Positions 49,752 through 63,494 are shown, numbered from the stretch's first letter. The stretch is DNA of 64,000 nucleotides from Callorhinchus milii (GCF_018977255.1 NW_024704743.1:95668001-95732000), one strand, 5' to 3'. Translations and numbers: made by a program. Notes: generated by a model from the letters alone, not told the origin.

Positions 49752-50140
49752 GATCATAGAATCATAGAATCATAGAATGTTACGGCACAGAAGGAGGCCA
49801 TTCGGCCCATCGAGTCTGTGCCGGCTCTTTGACAGAGCAACTGACTTTTATTAACCCCATTCACCAGCTTTCTCCCCATAACCCTGCAAACCTGTCTTCT
49901 CCAGATACCTATCCAGTTCTCTCTTAAAAGCTGTTATCGAATCGGACTTCACTACCCTTTCGGGCAGATCATTCCAAATTCGAACAACTCGCTGAGTGAA
50001 AAAATTTCTTCTAACCTCCCCTCTGCTTCTTTTGGTAGATATCTTAAGACTGTGACCATGAGTCACAGACACACCTACCAGCGGAAACAGCTTTTCCCTA
50101 TCTAGCCTGTCGAAACCTTTCAAGCCTGTCGAATCCTTTC
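49752..50140 (-). mobile_element. CR1 3' fragment inserted into a plus-strand L2 fragment (49540-50265)
   Basis: FFTQRVVRIWNDLP...GYGEKAG.W; (TCTATGAT)n tail; the L2 sequence ctgcagatcat|ccagaactctgc resumes on the far side. Confidence 0.88.
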
Positions 50141-50274
50141 ATCCAGAACTCTGCAGCCCATACCCTCTCCCACACCAGGCTCCGCGACCGTATCATCCCC
50201 ATCCTCGCCTGACTCCACTAGCTGAACCACTGGGTACAGTTTAAGATCCTGGTCCTCACCTTCAAAGCGCTCCA

Positions 50275-52620
50275 TTAAATTGCTTTAGGCGGGATTTTAA
50301 GGTGGAGAGGGATTTAGGGAGAGAGTTCCAAAGTTTTGTGGCGTAGTGGCTGAAGACGCAGCCAGCGATGGTGGAGCGGAGGGGATGTGGGACAAACAGG
50401 AGGCCAGAGTCAGCCAAGCGAAGGCAGTGGGTGGTGAAGTGGGGGGTAAGCAGATTGGATAGATAAGGAGGTGCAAGGGATTGGAGGGATTTGAAAACGA
50501 GTGAAAGGAAATCGATCCGTTCTGTAATTGGGAGCCAGTGGAGCCTGGCAAGAACTGATGTCATCGGGATACATAGTTTTATGCGGGTGAGTATCCGGGC
50601 TGCAGAGTTTTGGATTAATTGAATTTTGTGTGTGGTGGAGCTGGAGAGATCATTGAGGAGGGTGCTGGAATAGTCCTAGCTGGGAAGTGATGAAGACGTG
50701 GATGAGGGTTTCAGCTGCGTTGGTTGTGAGGTACGGATGGAGCCGGGTGTGGAAAAAAACAGTTCTGGTTAGGGAACAGATGGGGGGGTAGAAAAGAAAG
50801 CTGGGTATCGAACTTGACACCTAAGTTGAGTCTGAGGGAGAGCCCAGGGAGTTTGAGGAGTTCAGACCCGCAGGAGAGAGTGTTAACAGGAGCCAAAAAA
50901 TATGCCTTCAGTCTTGCCAACATTCAGTTGCGCTCATCTAGGCCTTGATGTCCATCAAAGAAGCTGACAGGACATCAGCGGACTGGGAATCGCAGTCAGA
51001 GGAGAAGTAGATTTGGGTGTCATTCACATGCATGTTAAAGTTGTACATATCTGTGGATGACATCGCTGAGAGGGAGCATATAGATAAGGAAAAGAAGTGA
51101 GCTATGGATTGGGCCTTGGGATACCCCACAGGAGACTGGGCAGGGGAGAGAGCAAAAAACATTTGTATTGTTGGCAGTTAGTTAAGTAGGACTTGAACCA
51201 TGCGAGTGCGGTTCCACTAAGGTGGATGAAGGACGAGAGGCGGTGGAGGAGGATGGCGTGATCCACTGTGTTGAACGCGGTGAAGAGGTCAAGGAGAACG
51301 AAGAGGGAGAGGGAGTCCTGGTCACAGAGAGAGAGGACGTCATTTGTTACTTTTGATGAGCACTATCTCTGTGCTGTGGGCAATGCAAAAAACGGACTGC
51401 AGGGGTTCGAGTAGTGTGTGGAGGGAGAGATGTGAGTGAAGTTGATTTGCAACCATGTATTCCAAAACTTTGGCCAGGAAGGGCAGGTTAGAGATGGGAC
51501 TGGAGTTTATGAAGTTGGAGGGACCGAGGGTAAGATTTTTTTTAAGAGGAGTGGTGACAGTGATTTTGAGGGGGAATGGGAGAAGTTGATTGTGTCAGCC
51601 AGCAGTGGGCAGAGGAGGGGGAGTTGATTGACCAGAAGCTGGGTGGGGAGGGAGTCAAGGCACAGGTGATGGGCTTCATCTGGGAGATGGTGGGGAAAGG
51701 GAGTAGTGAGAAATGGGGGCAAAGTAGTGTAAGGTGGGGCCGTGCTAGGAGGATTGAGTGATGAACATGGCATGGGTGGGGTGGTAGGCAACATGGAGGG
51801 GGAGGAGGAGGTGGCAGCCAGGCGAATGTTGTCTACGTTAGAGATAAAGAAGTCCAGGACCTCTTCTCACTTGGCATCAGAAGGTGAGGATCAAGGGTAC
51901 TTGAGAGGGGACTTGGAGGAGGTGGTTCACAGTGGAGAAGAGGATTTGGGGGTTGTTCTTGGCCTTGAATGACCTGTGAGTAAAAAGTGGTTTTGGCTTG
52001 AGAGATGGAGTGGCGGTAGGTATGAAGATGTTCGAGCCACAGTTGGTGGTGAACCATGAGGCTGGTTTTGTGATCTGGCCCGAGCAACCGGGTTTCAGAT
52101 TTCACGGAGCGCAGTGATCCAGACGCATCACTGGATCAGACGCAGCTGTGAGTGGAAGACCAGAGGGAGAGAAGGTCCTAGGATGACTGGGCATTTGTGA
52201 GGGACTCCATGGTCGGAGAAATATGTTGGAGGGTTTGGAGGAGGGGAGGGTGATGTGAGAGGAGAAGGAGATAAATAGTGGTCTGTGATGGTCAGATCAG
52301 AAAAGACTAGGCCATGGGTGCTGACGAGGTCAATGAAGTGGTCATGGTTGGAGGTCGGGGAGTTTACCTGGAAGGTGAGGTTTACGGTAGAGATGAAGAC
52401 AGCAAAGTCGGAGGAGATGAGCCAGGGGTATTGAGATGAAGATTGAAATTGCCCATTATGAGCAGGCATTTCGTGCAGAGGAACAGGGATGAGAGGAGTG
52501 AGGAGAAATCCATGAGGAAGGAGCCAGGAGGTTTGGTGGGGGTGGTAAACTGGGAGAATTTTGAAGGAGAGAGGGGAGGGAAACAGCCAGAGGATTAGGG
52601 GAGTAGACCAAGAGAGGTCT
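50275..52620 (-). mobile_element. Degenerate L2 LINE
   Basis: [23 protein letters not shown] and endonuclease remnants. Confidence 0.85.
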
Positions 52621-52649
52621 TTCCCCTCTCTGTACACTCCTTTGTCCCC

Positions 52650-53910
52650 ATTTCTCCCTCCTCCCTCTCAACCACGATCACCCGGAAGAAGTTCACCACC
52701 TGCTGCCTTGACCCCCTCCCCACTCAGCTGCTGGTCACTCAACTCCTCCTCCTCTCCCCACTGCTGGCCGACCCGGACAACCAGTCTCTCTCCTCAGGCT
52801 CTTTTCCCCTGAAAACCGCTGTTATCACACCCCTCCTCAAAAATCCCACCCTCAATCCCTCTAATCGCTCACACTACTGTCCCATTTCGAACCTACCCTT
52901 CCTAGCCGAAGTCCTGGAACACATTGTTGCGGGTCAACTTTGGTCACGCCTCTCCCTCTACTCCATCCTCAAGCCCCTGCAGTCTGGTTTTAGCCCTGCC
53001 CACAGCACAGAGACAGCGCTTGTCAAATGATGCCCTCTCTATCTGTGATCAGAACTCCCTCTGCCTCCTTGTTCACCTGGATCTCTTTGCCATGTTCGAC
53101 ACAGTTGACCACGCCTTCCTCCATCGCCTCTCTTTCCTTATCCACCTTAGTGGGACTGCACTCATATGGTTTGACTCCTACTTAACCAACTGCCTCCATT
53201 TCATCTCAGTAAATGGTTTCTCTTCTTCCCCCGCCGTCCGGTCATCTGCGGGGTACCCCAAGGCTCCATCGTTGGCCCTCTTCTTTTCCTCATCTATGTG
53301 ATCCCTCTTGGCGATGTAATCCACAGACACTGGTAAACTTCTACATGTATGTGAATGACACACATTTGCTTCCTCTAGTATCGACTCCAGGTCCTGAATG
53401 AGTGCAAACTTCCTGCAGTTGCATGTGATCAAGACGGAAGCCATATTCCTTGGCTCCCATCGACGTCTTCACTCCTGCGAATGTGAACTCCTCAACCTCC
53501 CTAGGCTCTCCCTCAGACTCACCAAATCAGTGCGTAATCTAGGCATTCAGTTCGACCCCCATCTGTCCTTCCTACCCTGCATCCAGTCCCTGACCAGGAC
53601 CGGCTTCTTGTACCTCAGCCACATTGCCCGTCTCTGACCATACCTTACCCCAAATGCAGCAAACTGGTACTGGCCTCCTGCTCATCCCTCATACTCTCCG
53701 CTCCGCCATCAGAGGTTGCGCTTTCAGCCACTACATACTGACACTCTGGAACACTTTCCCTCAATCCCTACGCCTTGTGCCCTCTATCCTCTTTTTCAAG
53801 TACCCCTGAAAACCTTTCTCTTCGACCATGCTTATGGCCACCTCTCCCCCAGCTTGGAGTCAGGCTCCGCCACTCTGAGACTCTACCCTGCATGGAGGGC
53901 ACTATATAAC
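52650..53910 (+). mobile_element. Degenerate L2 LINE
   Basis: SICDQNSLCLLVHLDL..FDTVDH, ANFLQL..KTEAI, ggagggcactatata tail. Confidence 0.85.
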
Positions 53911-54240
53911 GGGGTGATGTGGCAGTCAGGGTGGCTGCTCTAGGATAACCGTCAACGAGGAAGTGGCTTTGGTCAGGGGTGACAGCCAAACATGTATGCC
54001 AAGATTGGGAGCAGAGCGAACAGCGGGGCATTGTCAGCCCGCAGGCATGGTGGGGTCTAGGGAGACAGAGGCGAGGGGATGGCACTCATGGCTATGTTTA
54101 GACAAAGCCAGGACAACTATTATATGGTGGATTAATGCTGATTGACCTGACTACCTGGCATTTCTCCTCGGGCCGTTTCAATCCCAGGGACTCCCTTTGC
54201 CCCCTCTCACATTTACCTCCCCTTCTCTCATATAATAAAA

Positions 54241-54547
54241 ATAATAATAATCATTGCACTTGATATAGCCTTTTTTATGTCTTCCAGACGTTTCAAAGCG
54301 CTTCAAAGAATATATTGCAAAGTGAATTGACTGTACATTTGTGGGTGAAACACGGCAACCAATTGCGCACAGCAGTGTCCCGCAAACAGTCGTAGATTGA
54401 AGTGACCAATTTATTGTCTTTTTTCTTGAGGGATTATTATCAGACATGTGGAGTAAGGAAACTTACCCAAGGTTTCACCCTGCCAGGAATTGAACCCAGG
54501 TCTCTTGCTTGCGAGGTGAGTGCTCTAACCACTGAGCTACAGGACTT
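54241..54547 (-). mobile_element. Same SINE family, full length
   Basis: Head, core and tail motifs. Confidence 0.9.
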
Positions 54548-57373
54548 CACATATAGTTTCCCCTTCCACTTGCTGCAGTTTTTGCTGTTTTCCTGTACAT
54601 TGAAAATGTGTTCCCAATTTGTTAAAAATTCTAATTATTTGACTACTATCAGTGATTCTGAGGCTGCCTTCCTATTGATTGCACTTGGAGTACACAAATG
54701 TGGGTCCAACAGAAACAAACACGAACATTGTGGAATCTTAAGACAGACCATACATGCACTCATCTAACTAATTTTGATTCCCATGCACGATTCCCTGTGC
54801 CCTATTATTGCACAGCACACATAATTTCTGACCCCAATGACCTTTAAAACTGCTGTAGGTTCAAGATTTAATCTGTGTTACTGAAACATGTGCCAGCTTC
54901 TTCACCCGACAACAGATTGCATACTGAAGGATATCATGTGCATTTTTTCATTCCTCTGGCAATTCATGTTGGGTTTTTTTAAATTTCTTGTTTGGTCAAA
55001 GGTTAAAATATCATGTTATTGTTTGTCTTGAATTGGTTCCACATCCATTTTATTGTTTCACAACTGCAATTCTGGAGAAGGGGCATGGGAGCAGGTCTCA
55101 GTGTTCTGAATCTGGTCAGAACAGATAACATAGGGATCATAATTCCTCCTATTCACAGGATATATTAACAATGGCTCCAGTCACACTGGTTTTGAAATTA
55201 GACTGCTATTACAACAACAACTTGCAGTTATATAGTGCCCTTCATCCCGGATGGTGTCTCGGAGCACTTAGCACTTAGTGCAGTTCCAGATATATTGATA
55301 CAGACATAGAATTACAGTTTTTCTGTAAAGTGTAGCATGAATTCCGTTATAACATGGTTGTGGGTGGACCCCATTTACTACATTAAAATAGCCGACTTCT
55401 GGGTTTTTAGGTTGCCGCCATTGTCACCTCTTTGCACATGTGCAGCAAACAAGATGTGATATCAGTAGCAACTTGATAACCTGGAAGTTGCCTATTTTAG
55501 CACTGGTGGCTGATGCATCGTGAGCAAGCAACCAACATCAATGAGTTAGTTGGAGGAAGGCATGGTTTGTACAAATGTGTATTATGTATGGCCTGGCTTG
55601 CAGTACACAAAAATAAAGTTTCAGATCAAATGGCCCATTTATTAATTTTGTACAAGGCCCTGCATTTCTGAAAAAAATACTTGTATTTAATAAGGGATCT
55701 TGTCATGCAGAAACAGTTCCAAAGCACTTCACAGTTTTTCTGTAAAGTTAATGATTGTGTATTTGTAGGCAAATACAACAGCCAGTTTGCACAGAGCAAC
55801 ATTCCACAAACAGCCATGAAGTAAATGACACAATGGGGGATTGACAATCGACTGGAATGAGTTGATGTTGGTGGATAGGATTAGAAATTACCTTCATCTT
55901 CCAATACTCAGTGCCTAGGTTCACTAAATGATTACCACGAAGATACCAAAGATGTGTTACAATACAATATTACATTTGTATAGCACCTTTTAAGTCGGGA
56001 GGATGTTCTAAGGTGCTGGACAGTCAAGGCATGTATGTGTGGAAACATATTTAAGAATTAATGAATGCCTTCAAGAGAGGAGGAAAGAAGATTAAAGGTG
56101 AAAAAAGATTAAGTAAAAAAATACATGCTAGGCAACAATATAAACTGCTTGAATACATTGACACTTGATGATTTCTTTTAAGTGATCATTCTCATGCACA
56201 AAATAAAATGTTTAATTATAATTCAAAAATGTAGTCCTTCAACACTTCTGTATCTAGCCTCATATAAATATGCCATTGCTACTGTTTGTATTTGTTGTCT
56301 TCAGCCTTTATTACATTTTGCTGTTTTATAATTTTGCAAAAACAAATTAGCACTCAGGCTCCATCTAGTGGTCCTTCTGTATGGAATAGTTTCATTCTAA
56401 AATTAAAAATGTCAATACTGAAGTGATATACCTCACACGTTTGGCCGTAAAATCCATTAGCAGTCATACATCAGCCCACTGGCCTTGTGTTTTTCTGCAT
56501 CATTTTTAATGGGAAGAAGTTTATAGTTCTCTTACCAACATTATTGTTTGACTACAATAATAAATTACATTTGTAGAGCAACTTTCACGTCAGGAGGGTA
56601 AGGGATCCGTACCTGAGCTGGTGGTTGGGATAAGGAGGAGTGTAGGATAGGGGTAGGAGGGTGCTTGAAGGGATGGTCGAAGAGGAGGGTCTTGAGACGG
56701 GTCTTGAAGGAGGTAAGGGAGAGGGTTGAGATGGAAGAACTAAGGATGGATTGAGAGACTTTCTTTTATTTTGTGGGCAATCCATTTGCCTTGATCATAT
56801 TGGTATGTCAATGATATAAAAAGTCAATTAAAGTCAATGGAAACATGTGACTTATCGTAACGGGGTGCTCCTCACCATAGCAATATGTTTAGTGCACTTT
56901 GATGACGTGTGAATACTCTTTTGGGATATGCCTTGTTACCTATAAATTGTTCAAAGGGCCCTCAACTTACTGCCATATCATTTTGTACAAAGTCAGCATC
57001 AGTTATTGCAGTCGACCTTGGACATTGTATTAATATACTCATTAATCTTTGAAAACAAAATTGACATAAGAAAGATTCTTTCAATCAAATATATCCTTGT
57101 GGATTAGGGGTGGAAGAGTTAAAGGAATGATCCCATGAGCAGGAATCTTACCAAATAAGATGTCACATCATTTATTAAATTGTATAATATTGCTGGAGCT
57201 CAAAAGTCATGGTCACCAAAATCTTTTTGGTATTGTAAACTATCATTTAAAAGTAAGGTAAATAGATTTAAAGGCTGAGTGTATTTTAGGGAGAATGTAG
57301 CAGCCAGTTTTGTGGACGGAAATGTCCTGCGAACAACCAATTTTATTTGGGGGATTGCTGGCCACAGGGAGAA

Positions 57374-57694
57374 ATAATAATAATAATAATCCTTGCATTT
57401 GATATAGCGCTTTTCACGTCGGAAGGACATCCCAAAGCGCTTCACAGAACACACTGTAAAGTGAATTGACTGTATATTTGTGGGCGAACGCGGCAGCCAA
57501 TTGCGCACAGCAATGTCCCACAAACAGTCATAGATTGAAAATGACCAATTTATTATTGTTTTTGGTTTTGGAGGGATTATTATTAGGCTCTGTGTGGAGT
57601 AAGGAAACTTGCCCAAGGTTTCGCCCTGCCTGGAATTGAACTCAGGTCTCTCGCTTGCAAAGCGAGTGCTCTAACCACTGAGCTACAGGACTCC
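57374..57694 (-). mobile_element. Same SINE family, full length, upstream of the ATP6V1C1 promoter
   Basis: Head, core and tail motifs. Confidence 0.9.
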
Positions 57695-57989
57695 ACATGC
57701 CACGGATGTTTAATCTCCAACTGGACAGGCAAACGGGACCTCGCGTTTAACGTCTCGTCTGAAAGATGACATCTCCAACCTTGCGGCACACCCCAGCACT
57801 GCACTGGAGTGTCAGCTTAGATGATGTGAGTTGCCAGTCCCGACACGGAGCTGGAACGCACAACGTCCCGGCTGAGAGGCGAGAGGGCCAGCGACTGAGC
57901 CAGCCTGAGACGCAGCAAGGAGGCCATATGAAATCCGAGGATGTTATGAATTATTATTATGATCACAATGGCTTGAATGGGTTCCAGAG

Positions 57990-58760
57990 GCAAATTGTGC
58001 TGATGACCTCGACTGGGGAGGGGGGGGGTCTGACGTCACATGTCGGCTGTGCACGCAGAAAGCGGAAGTGAGGTGGTGCGCACGCGCGGAGGCTCGGTTG
58101 ACAGTGCGGCGCCGCTCGCGGGTGATGTTGGTGGGGGAGCGCGAGGCGGCCACCGACACCGTTACTCTGGTAGGTGGGCCCCGGCCCGAGCAGCGCCAAA
58201 TCGCGGGAGGGAGGAGCGAGGGCCCCGGAGGGAAGCTGTCAGCTGACGGCCTTCTCCCGGAGAAGCAGCCGAAGGGCACGAGCCGCCGCCATCACTATCG
58301 CCGCCGACTGTTTCCATATCCTTCCAGAAGCTGCGGCGCGGGGGGGGCGAGGCTGTCTGTCTGTCTGTCTGTCTGTCTGTGTCTGTTTACTCTCGCGTCA
58401 TTGGGACTCGGTACCGGCCGCCTGTCCAGCTCGAGAACAGCGGCGGCGGCGGCGAGGGGGGAGGAGCAGAGACAAACCTCCCGCTCTGTCCTGAGCCACT
58501 GTGTGCGTGTGTGTGATTTGGGGCAGTGGGATATTGATGTAATGGCGGTCTTGGCCCCGGGAGGGGGCTGCTGTGCGGTCCCGGTGTGGTGCTGGTGGCG
58601 GGAGGGGTGGCCCTGCACTCGCACACCGTGTCGCGCGGCGTTGGCGGCGGCGGCCGCCGCTCGGGGTTCACGCGCCTCCCGTGGGCTCGCGGGTTGTCAT
58701 ATGACCGGAGCGGTGCACGTGATGGGTCTCTCAGCAAACCTCACCCAGCGACCCACCGAC
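57990..58760. promoter_or_regulatory. CpG-island promoter of ATP6V1C1 with CRE (TGACGTCA 58031-58038), ETS (CGGAAGTG 58063-58070) and E-box/CLEAR-like sites
   Basis: Very dense CpG about 4 kb upstream of the ATG exon; motifs read directly. Confidence 0.8.
58060..58169 (+). other. ATP6V1C1: Candidate non-coding exon 1 of ATP6V1C1
   Basis: Donor-like CTG|gtaggt at 58169/58170, just downstream of the CRE/ETS motifs; start is a guess. Confidence 0.4.
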
Positions 58761-59094
58761 TGACTGACTCTCTGCAGGTCTCAATTGCGTCTCCACCTGC
58801 AGTGCATTTTCAATATTTAACGTTATTTCGCCAGGAAACCCGCGCGGTTGATCTTAGGGATTCATTATTGTTGAAATGGAGCAGGTTGACCAGGGAGAGT
58901 GGTTGAAGCAGTGCAGAGGAGAGGGACGTGCAATGAGCAGACAAGCTGGGGCTGGGGCTCTTCACTCTCGAGAGAATCCGGATCTCATAGAGGTCTTTAG
59001 TATTTTAAATGGGATTGAAAGAGTAGGGTCAGATCAATCAGTGCTTAAGGATGCAGCAAAATAGTAGATCAAGAGGACACAAGGTTTAGAGTTG

Positions 59095-60390
59095 TAAAGG
59101 GTGGGAGGGCGGCCGAAGGCACGGTTGAAGACGAAGGTCTTTACTGGGATTTGAAAAAACAACAACGTGCATTTATAGCGCGCGCTCCACGCAGGGTAGA
59201 GTCTCAGAGCGCTTAACAGTGGCAAAGCCTGACTCTGAGCCGTGGGGGTGGGGGAGTGAAGGTGACCGTAAGCACAGTCGAAAGGAAGGTTTTCAGGCGG
59301 GACTTGAAAAAGGGGAGAGAGGGTGCAAGGCCTCCTTGAGGGTGAGTGCTCCAGAGTTTTGTGGCGTAGTGACTGAATGTGCGACCTCCAGTGGTGGAGC
59401 GGAGGGCACAAGGGACAAGCAAGAGGCCGGTGCCAGTCGAGCAGAGGCACCGGGTGGTGGACTGGGGAGTGAGGAGATCGGAGAGGTAGGGAAGTGCTGG
59501 GGAGTGAATGGATTTGAACACGCGTGTGAGGGTCTTGAAGCTGATCTGTTCGGTGATGGGAAGCCAGTGGAGCCTGGCTAGAACTGGTGAGGTGAAATCA
59601 AATCGGCCAAAGAAATTTCATCATCCAAGCAAATCATATGAAATGTTTCAAAAGTGCTTCACGCACACAATATTTATTATTTGGAAGTGTTGTGTCTAAC
59701 AAATGTAGCAGTTCATCAGAGCAGCACTGTCTGATGAACAGCAATGAGCAGAATGACTAATTAATGCTTTTGGTGAATTTGAGTGAGTAACTGGAGAAAT
59801 GAGACCTTCATTTAATGTTGCCTCTGAGAGATGACCCCTCCCAACAATTGAGCACTCCTTCAATATTGCACTGGAGTGTTGATTTAGATTATGAGCTCAA
59901 GTCCTGGTGTGAAGTTTGAACATGGAGCCTACTGATCCATCAGCCAGAGTGCACTGGTGTCCCACCGGCCGATTTGATTTCACCTTTCCAGAATACCTAC
60001 CCCATCATCATCGTTACCCGCAATCCCTTCGCCTCATCCCCTCTCTTGCCTCTTTCACAAGCTGCCTACAAATTTACCCAGACCAAACTATACCCCCATC
60101 TCACCAGTTCTAGCCAGGCTCCACTGGATTCCCATCACCGAACGGATCAGCTTCAAGATCCTCACACTCGTGTTCAAATCCATTCACTCCCCAGCACTTC
60201 CCTACCTCTCCAACCTCCTCACTCCCCAGTCCACCACCCGGTGCCTCTGCTCGACTGGCACCGGCCTCTTGCTTGTCCCTTATGCCCTCCGCTCCACCAC
60301 TGGAGGTCGCACATTCAGTCACTACGCCACAGAACTCTGGAGCACTCACCCTCAAGGAGGCCTTGCACCCTCTCTCCCCTTTTTCAAGTC
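59095..60390. mobile_element. Inverted pair of L2 3' fragments (-59160-59591; +60080-60390) around an old SINE remnant, in presumed ATP6V1C1 intron 1
   Basis: Near-identical ORFs FKSIHSPALPYLS.LLTPQSTTRCLCSTGTGLLLVP on opposite strands. Confidence 0.9.
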
Positions 60391-62322
60391 AACTAAGCCA
60401 AATTGACCATTCCAGAAATTAACTGCAGTGTACAAGTATGAAGCAGTGGATTTTATGGTACTTGTCAAGCTAGGTCTCCCATGGACTTGCCAAGATTAAG
60501 ATTTAGTTTACAGGTTTGAGGACATGTCTACCTTCAAGTCTCATTAGCAGTAGCGGAATGGGTGAGGATAGTGGACGATGAAAAGTGGGGTGGAGCCTGG
60601 GTCAGGTGTTTATAACATTGTAACATATAACAAAGATCTTAAAGTTGATAAACTATGGAATAGGAAGGATGGGAGTGATGGGTTCGAGCGAGCTGGTGAG
60701 CGAAAGGATACGACTGTTTCTGGATGATCTGGAGCTGTGGTTGAGCTGGGAAGACATTGGAGTGCTTTATTGTCGAAGACATTGGAGAAACCAAAAACAG
60801 CATCACTGCCTTCACGTGGGGTAGGGTCTCGGAGTGCTGAACAGTGCCGGAGTTTGACCCTAAGCCAGGGAGAAAGGGGAGGTGACTAGCCGTGGTTGAA
60901 GAGAAAAGACGGATAAAGAATGGGGTAAGGCAGAGGGATTGTGGCAGGGGGTTCCATCAGTTTGGACGTAGTGACTTACGGCACTGCTGATGGGGTAGAG
61001 GTGACAAATGCTTGAATGATGCTTTCAGCTACACTAGGGGTGGTCGAAGTTGAGACAGAGTTGGACAAAGTTGTGGAGATAGTAGAAAGTAAACTTTGTC
61101 AAGGACCAAAGCTCAAAGTAGAGCTAAGGATTAAACAAAATGCCAAAATTGTGAATTACCAAGCCGTCTGAGGGTAACAGTGTTGGCATCAGAGATCGTA
61201 TTTGTGGGAGCCAGGGCTTTGGGTTTATTGATATTTTGTTGAATTTTTTGTGTACTCTTTGCATATTCTGTCTTAGTTCATTGCACTGATCTTTTATTGT
61301 TAAAGTATTGCATGATTAATGTGCCTGTAGGTGTCTGAATTAGTTGGTGGCATTTTCGCTTCTGAGATATGGGGTTCAAGATTCATGTTGGGACTTGAGT
61401 AACTGTGTAGGTTGACACTCCTATGCAGTGTTGATAGAAGGTTGCATTGTTGGAGTTGCCATCCTTCAGATGAGACATTAACCAAGGTGACATTTATTCA
61501 GGTGAATATTATAATCCTATTGTACCATTCAAAAGGATAAGGACGTTTCTCCTGGTGTCATTGGCCAACAATCCCCCTGATAAGTAGTCATTCATTTTAT
61601 GGCAGTTTGTGGGACATTGTTGTGTGTAAATTGGGGGCCACATTTGCCAACACAAAGTCACTACACTTTACAATATATCCTGTGAAGTACTTTGAGACAT
61701 CTTATATCAAATTATAATTATATATATTAGTTATTCACTTCTTGACTGTAGAACTTTGCTACATTCTTCTGTTCAGTCACTTCACTTTACCGAGGTTATC
61801 TGTGAAGCACTGTGAGGTGAGATATTTCAATAATATGGGGAGTGGGAGTAGAACAGGAGTTAAAGTATGTCTGAAAGCAACACAATGGACTCACAGAGAT
61901 GGTTGAATGGCGTGTTTTACTTGCTGGAAAACTGATTTATTTCTTGGTGTGTGTGTGTATGTATATCTCAAAACAAAGCAACAACAGTAAACCCGGAATT
62001 CAAAGTTAGCCAAACCTGACCTGAAACCAAAAGAGAATTTCAAAAAAAAAATATTGAAATTGCACTCGCCGGACTGGATTCCTCCCACCCACCATTCTGG
62101 CTAGCTGGGGTTTTAGTGTATTGGACATGTCTGAGTTGTGCATAATTTATTAATTTATGAGAAGCTGCCACCTTCATGTTTGCTTCTGATAAAATGCATC
62201 CTTATGTAATCAGAAGAATGTTTCTTGCAGCACTGGTCTTTGAATAAACTGAATTCTATATTCCAACTTTCTTTTGCAGTTACAACAATCGATTCTATAC
62301 AAAATATTAATTTGCTTCAAGG

Positions 62323-62454
62323 ATGGCAGAATTTTGGTTGATATCTGCTCCTGGGGAGAAAACATGTCAGCAGACTTGGGACAAATTAAATAGTGCAACA
62401 ACAAGGAACAATCACCTCTCCACCAACTTCAAGTTTGCAATTCCAGATTTGAAG
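62323..62454 (+). CDS. ATP6V1C1: V-type proton ATPase subunit C1, first coding exon ([44 protein letters not shown]); exon probably starts at 62280
   Basis: Typical [18 protein letters not shown]...KF.IPDLK; acceptor ctttcttttgcag at 62279, donor AAG|gtaaat. Confidence 0.96.
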
Positions 62455-63426
62455 GTAAATATGTTGTTGATGATGTGCGTTTTCAAGGTATGTGGATTTT
62501 TAGGCCATAGAACCATGGAATTATACAGCACAGAAGGAGGCCATTCAGCCCATCATATCTGTGCCGGCTCTTTGAAAAGAGCTATCCAAATCAATCCCAC
62601 TCCCCGTGCTCTCCCCATAGCCCTGCAAACTTGTCCTCTCCAAATAGTTATCCACTTCTCTCTGTCATGTGGAGGTTAGGTGTTAAAAAAATCTAATGGT
62701 TGAATCAGAAATAGATTAAATAATCCTATGAAATATGATGGACTAAATGTCACCAATATAATGGCTGATCTCTAAAAGGAACAAATGCAATTTATTGAAG
62801 TGAAATTAACTATTGCTCAATTCAATGGCTTGAGAAATGTTACCATCAGTCTTAACAAAAACGACTTAGTCTCGCAATGAGTGCTTCTAAATTGGGGGAA
62901 GGACTTAAAGCTACTTTATACACTTAAAGCTACTTTATACCATTGGGGGTGGAATCCAACCTCTGTGATCAATTTTGGAGGGGAGAGGATGAAACAAGCC
63001 TTTTTTTTGTTGTATTCCAGTTTTCATGTATAATGCCATACAACATTTCTTCACATTTAAAATCTAAATGCAAGCAGACAAAATGATTCCTTGTGTAATT
63101 AAGACTCACGTGCAGAAGCATTCATAACTGTTACTTCCCTCTTTTAGCCTTCCCTCCTTCAGAAGCTTCCAGATTCAAATTTCAACTGCAAATATAATAA
63201 TCCTTGCATTTGATATAGCGTCAAATATTCTATATTCTCAAAGCACTTTACAGAATATTCTGTAAAGTGAATTGACTGTCCTTTTTGTATATTTGTATAA
63301 TTCCCTTTTAAAAGTTGTTGTACATTCTGTTGTGACTAAAATATAGTGAAATCCATTGACTGACTTCAGTTTGTTTTATAGATAGTATCTCATTTCGATA
63401 TTATTTTCTCTACTTTTTTTCTCTAG

Positions 63427-63494
63427 GTGGGAACCTTAGATGTTTTAGTGGGGTTGTCCGATGAGCTGGCTAAATTGGATTCATTCGTGGAGGG
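63427..63494 (+). CDS. ATP6V1C1: ATP6V1C1 second coding exon (VGTLDVLVGLSDELAKLDSFVE); gene continues beyond the window
   Basis: ttttttctctag|GTG ... GG|gtaagt, 68 nt; conserved VGTLDVLVGLSDELAKLD. Confidence 0.96.

Noticed and set aside
57944..58906. Long overlapping ORFs (up to 231 aa) in the CpG island
   Set aside because: GC-rich, stop-poor sequence with a microsatellite; Arg/Ala/Gly-rich translations with no recognisable domain.
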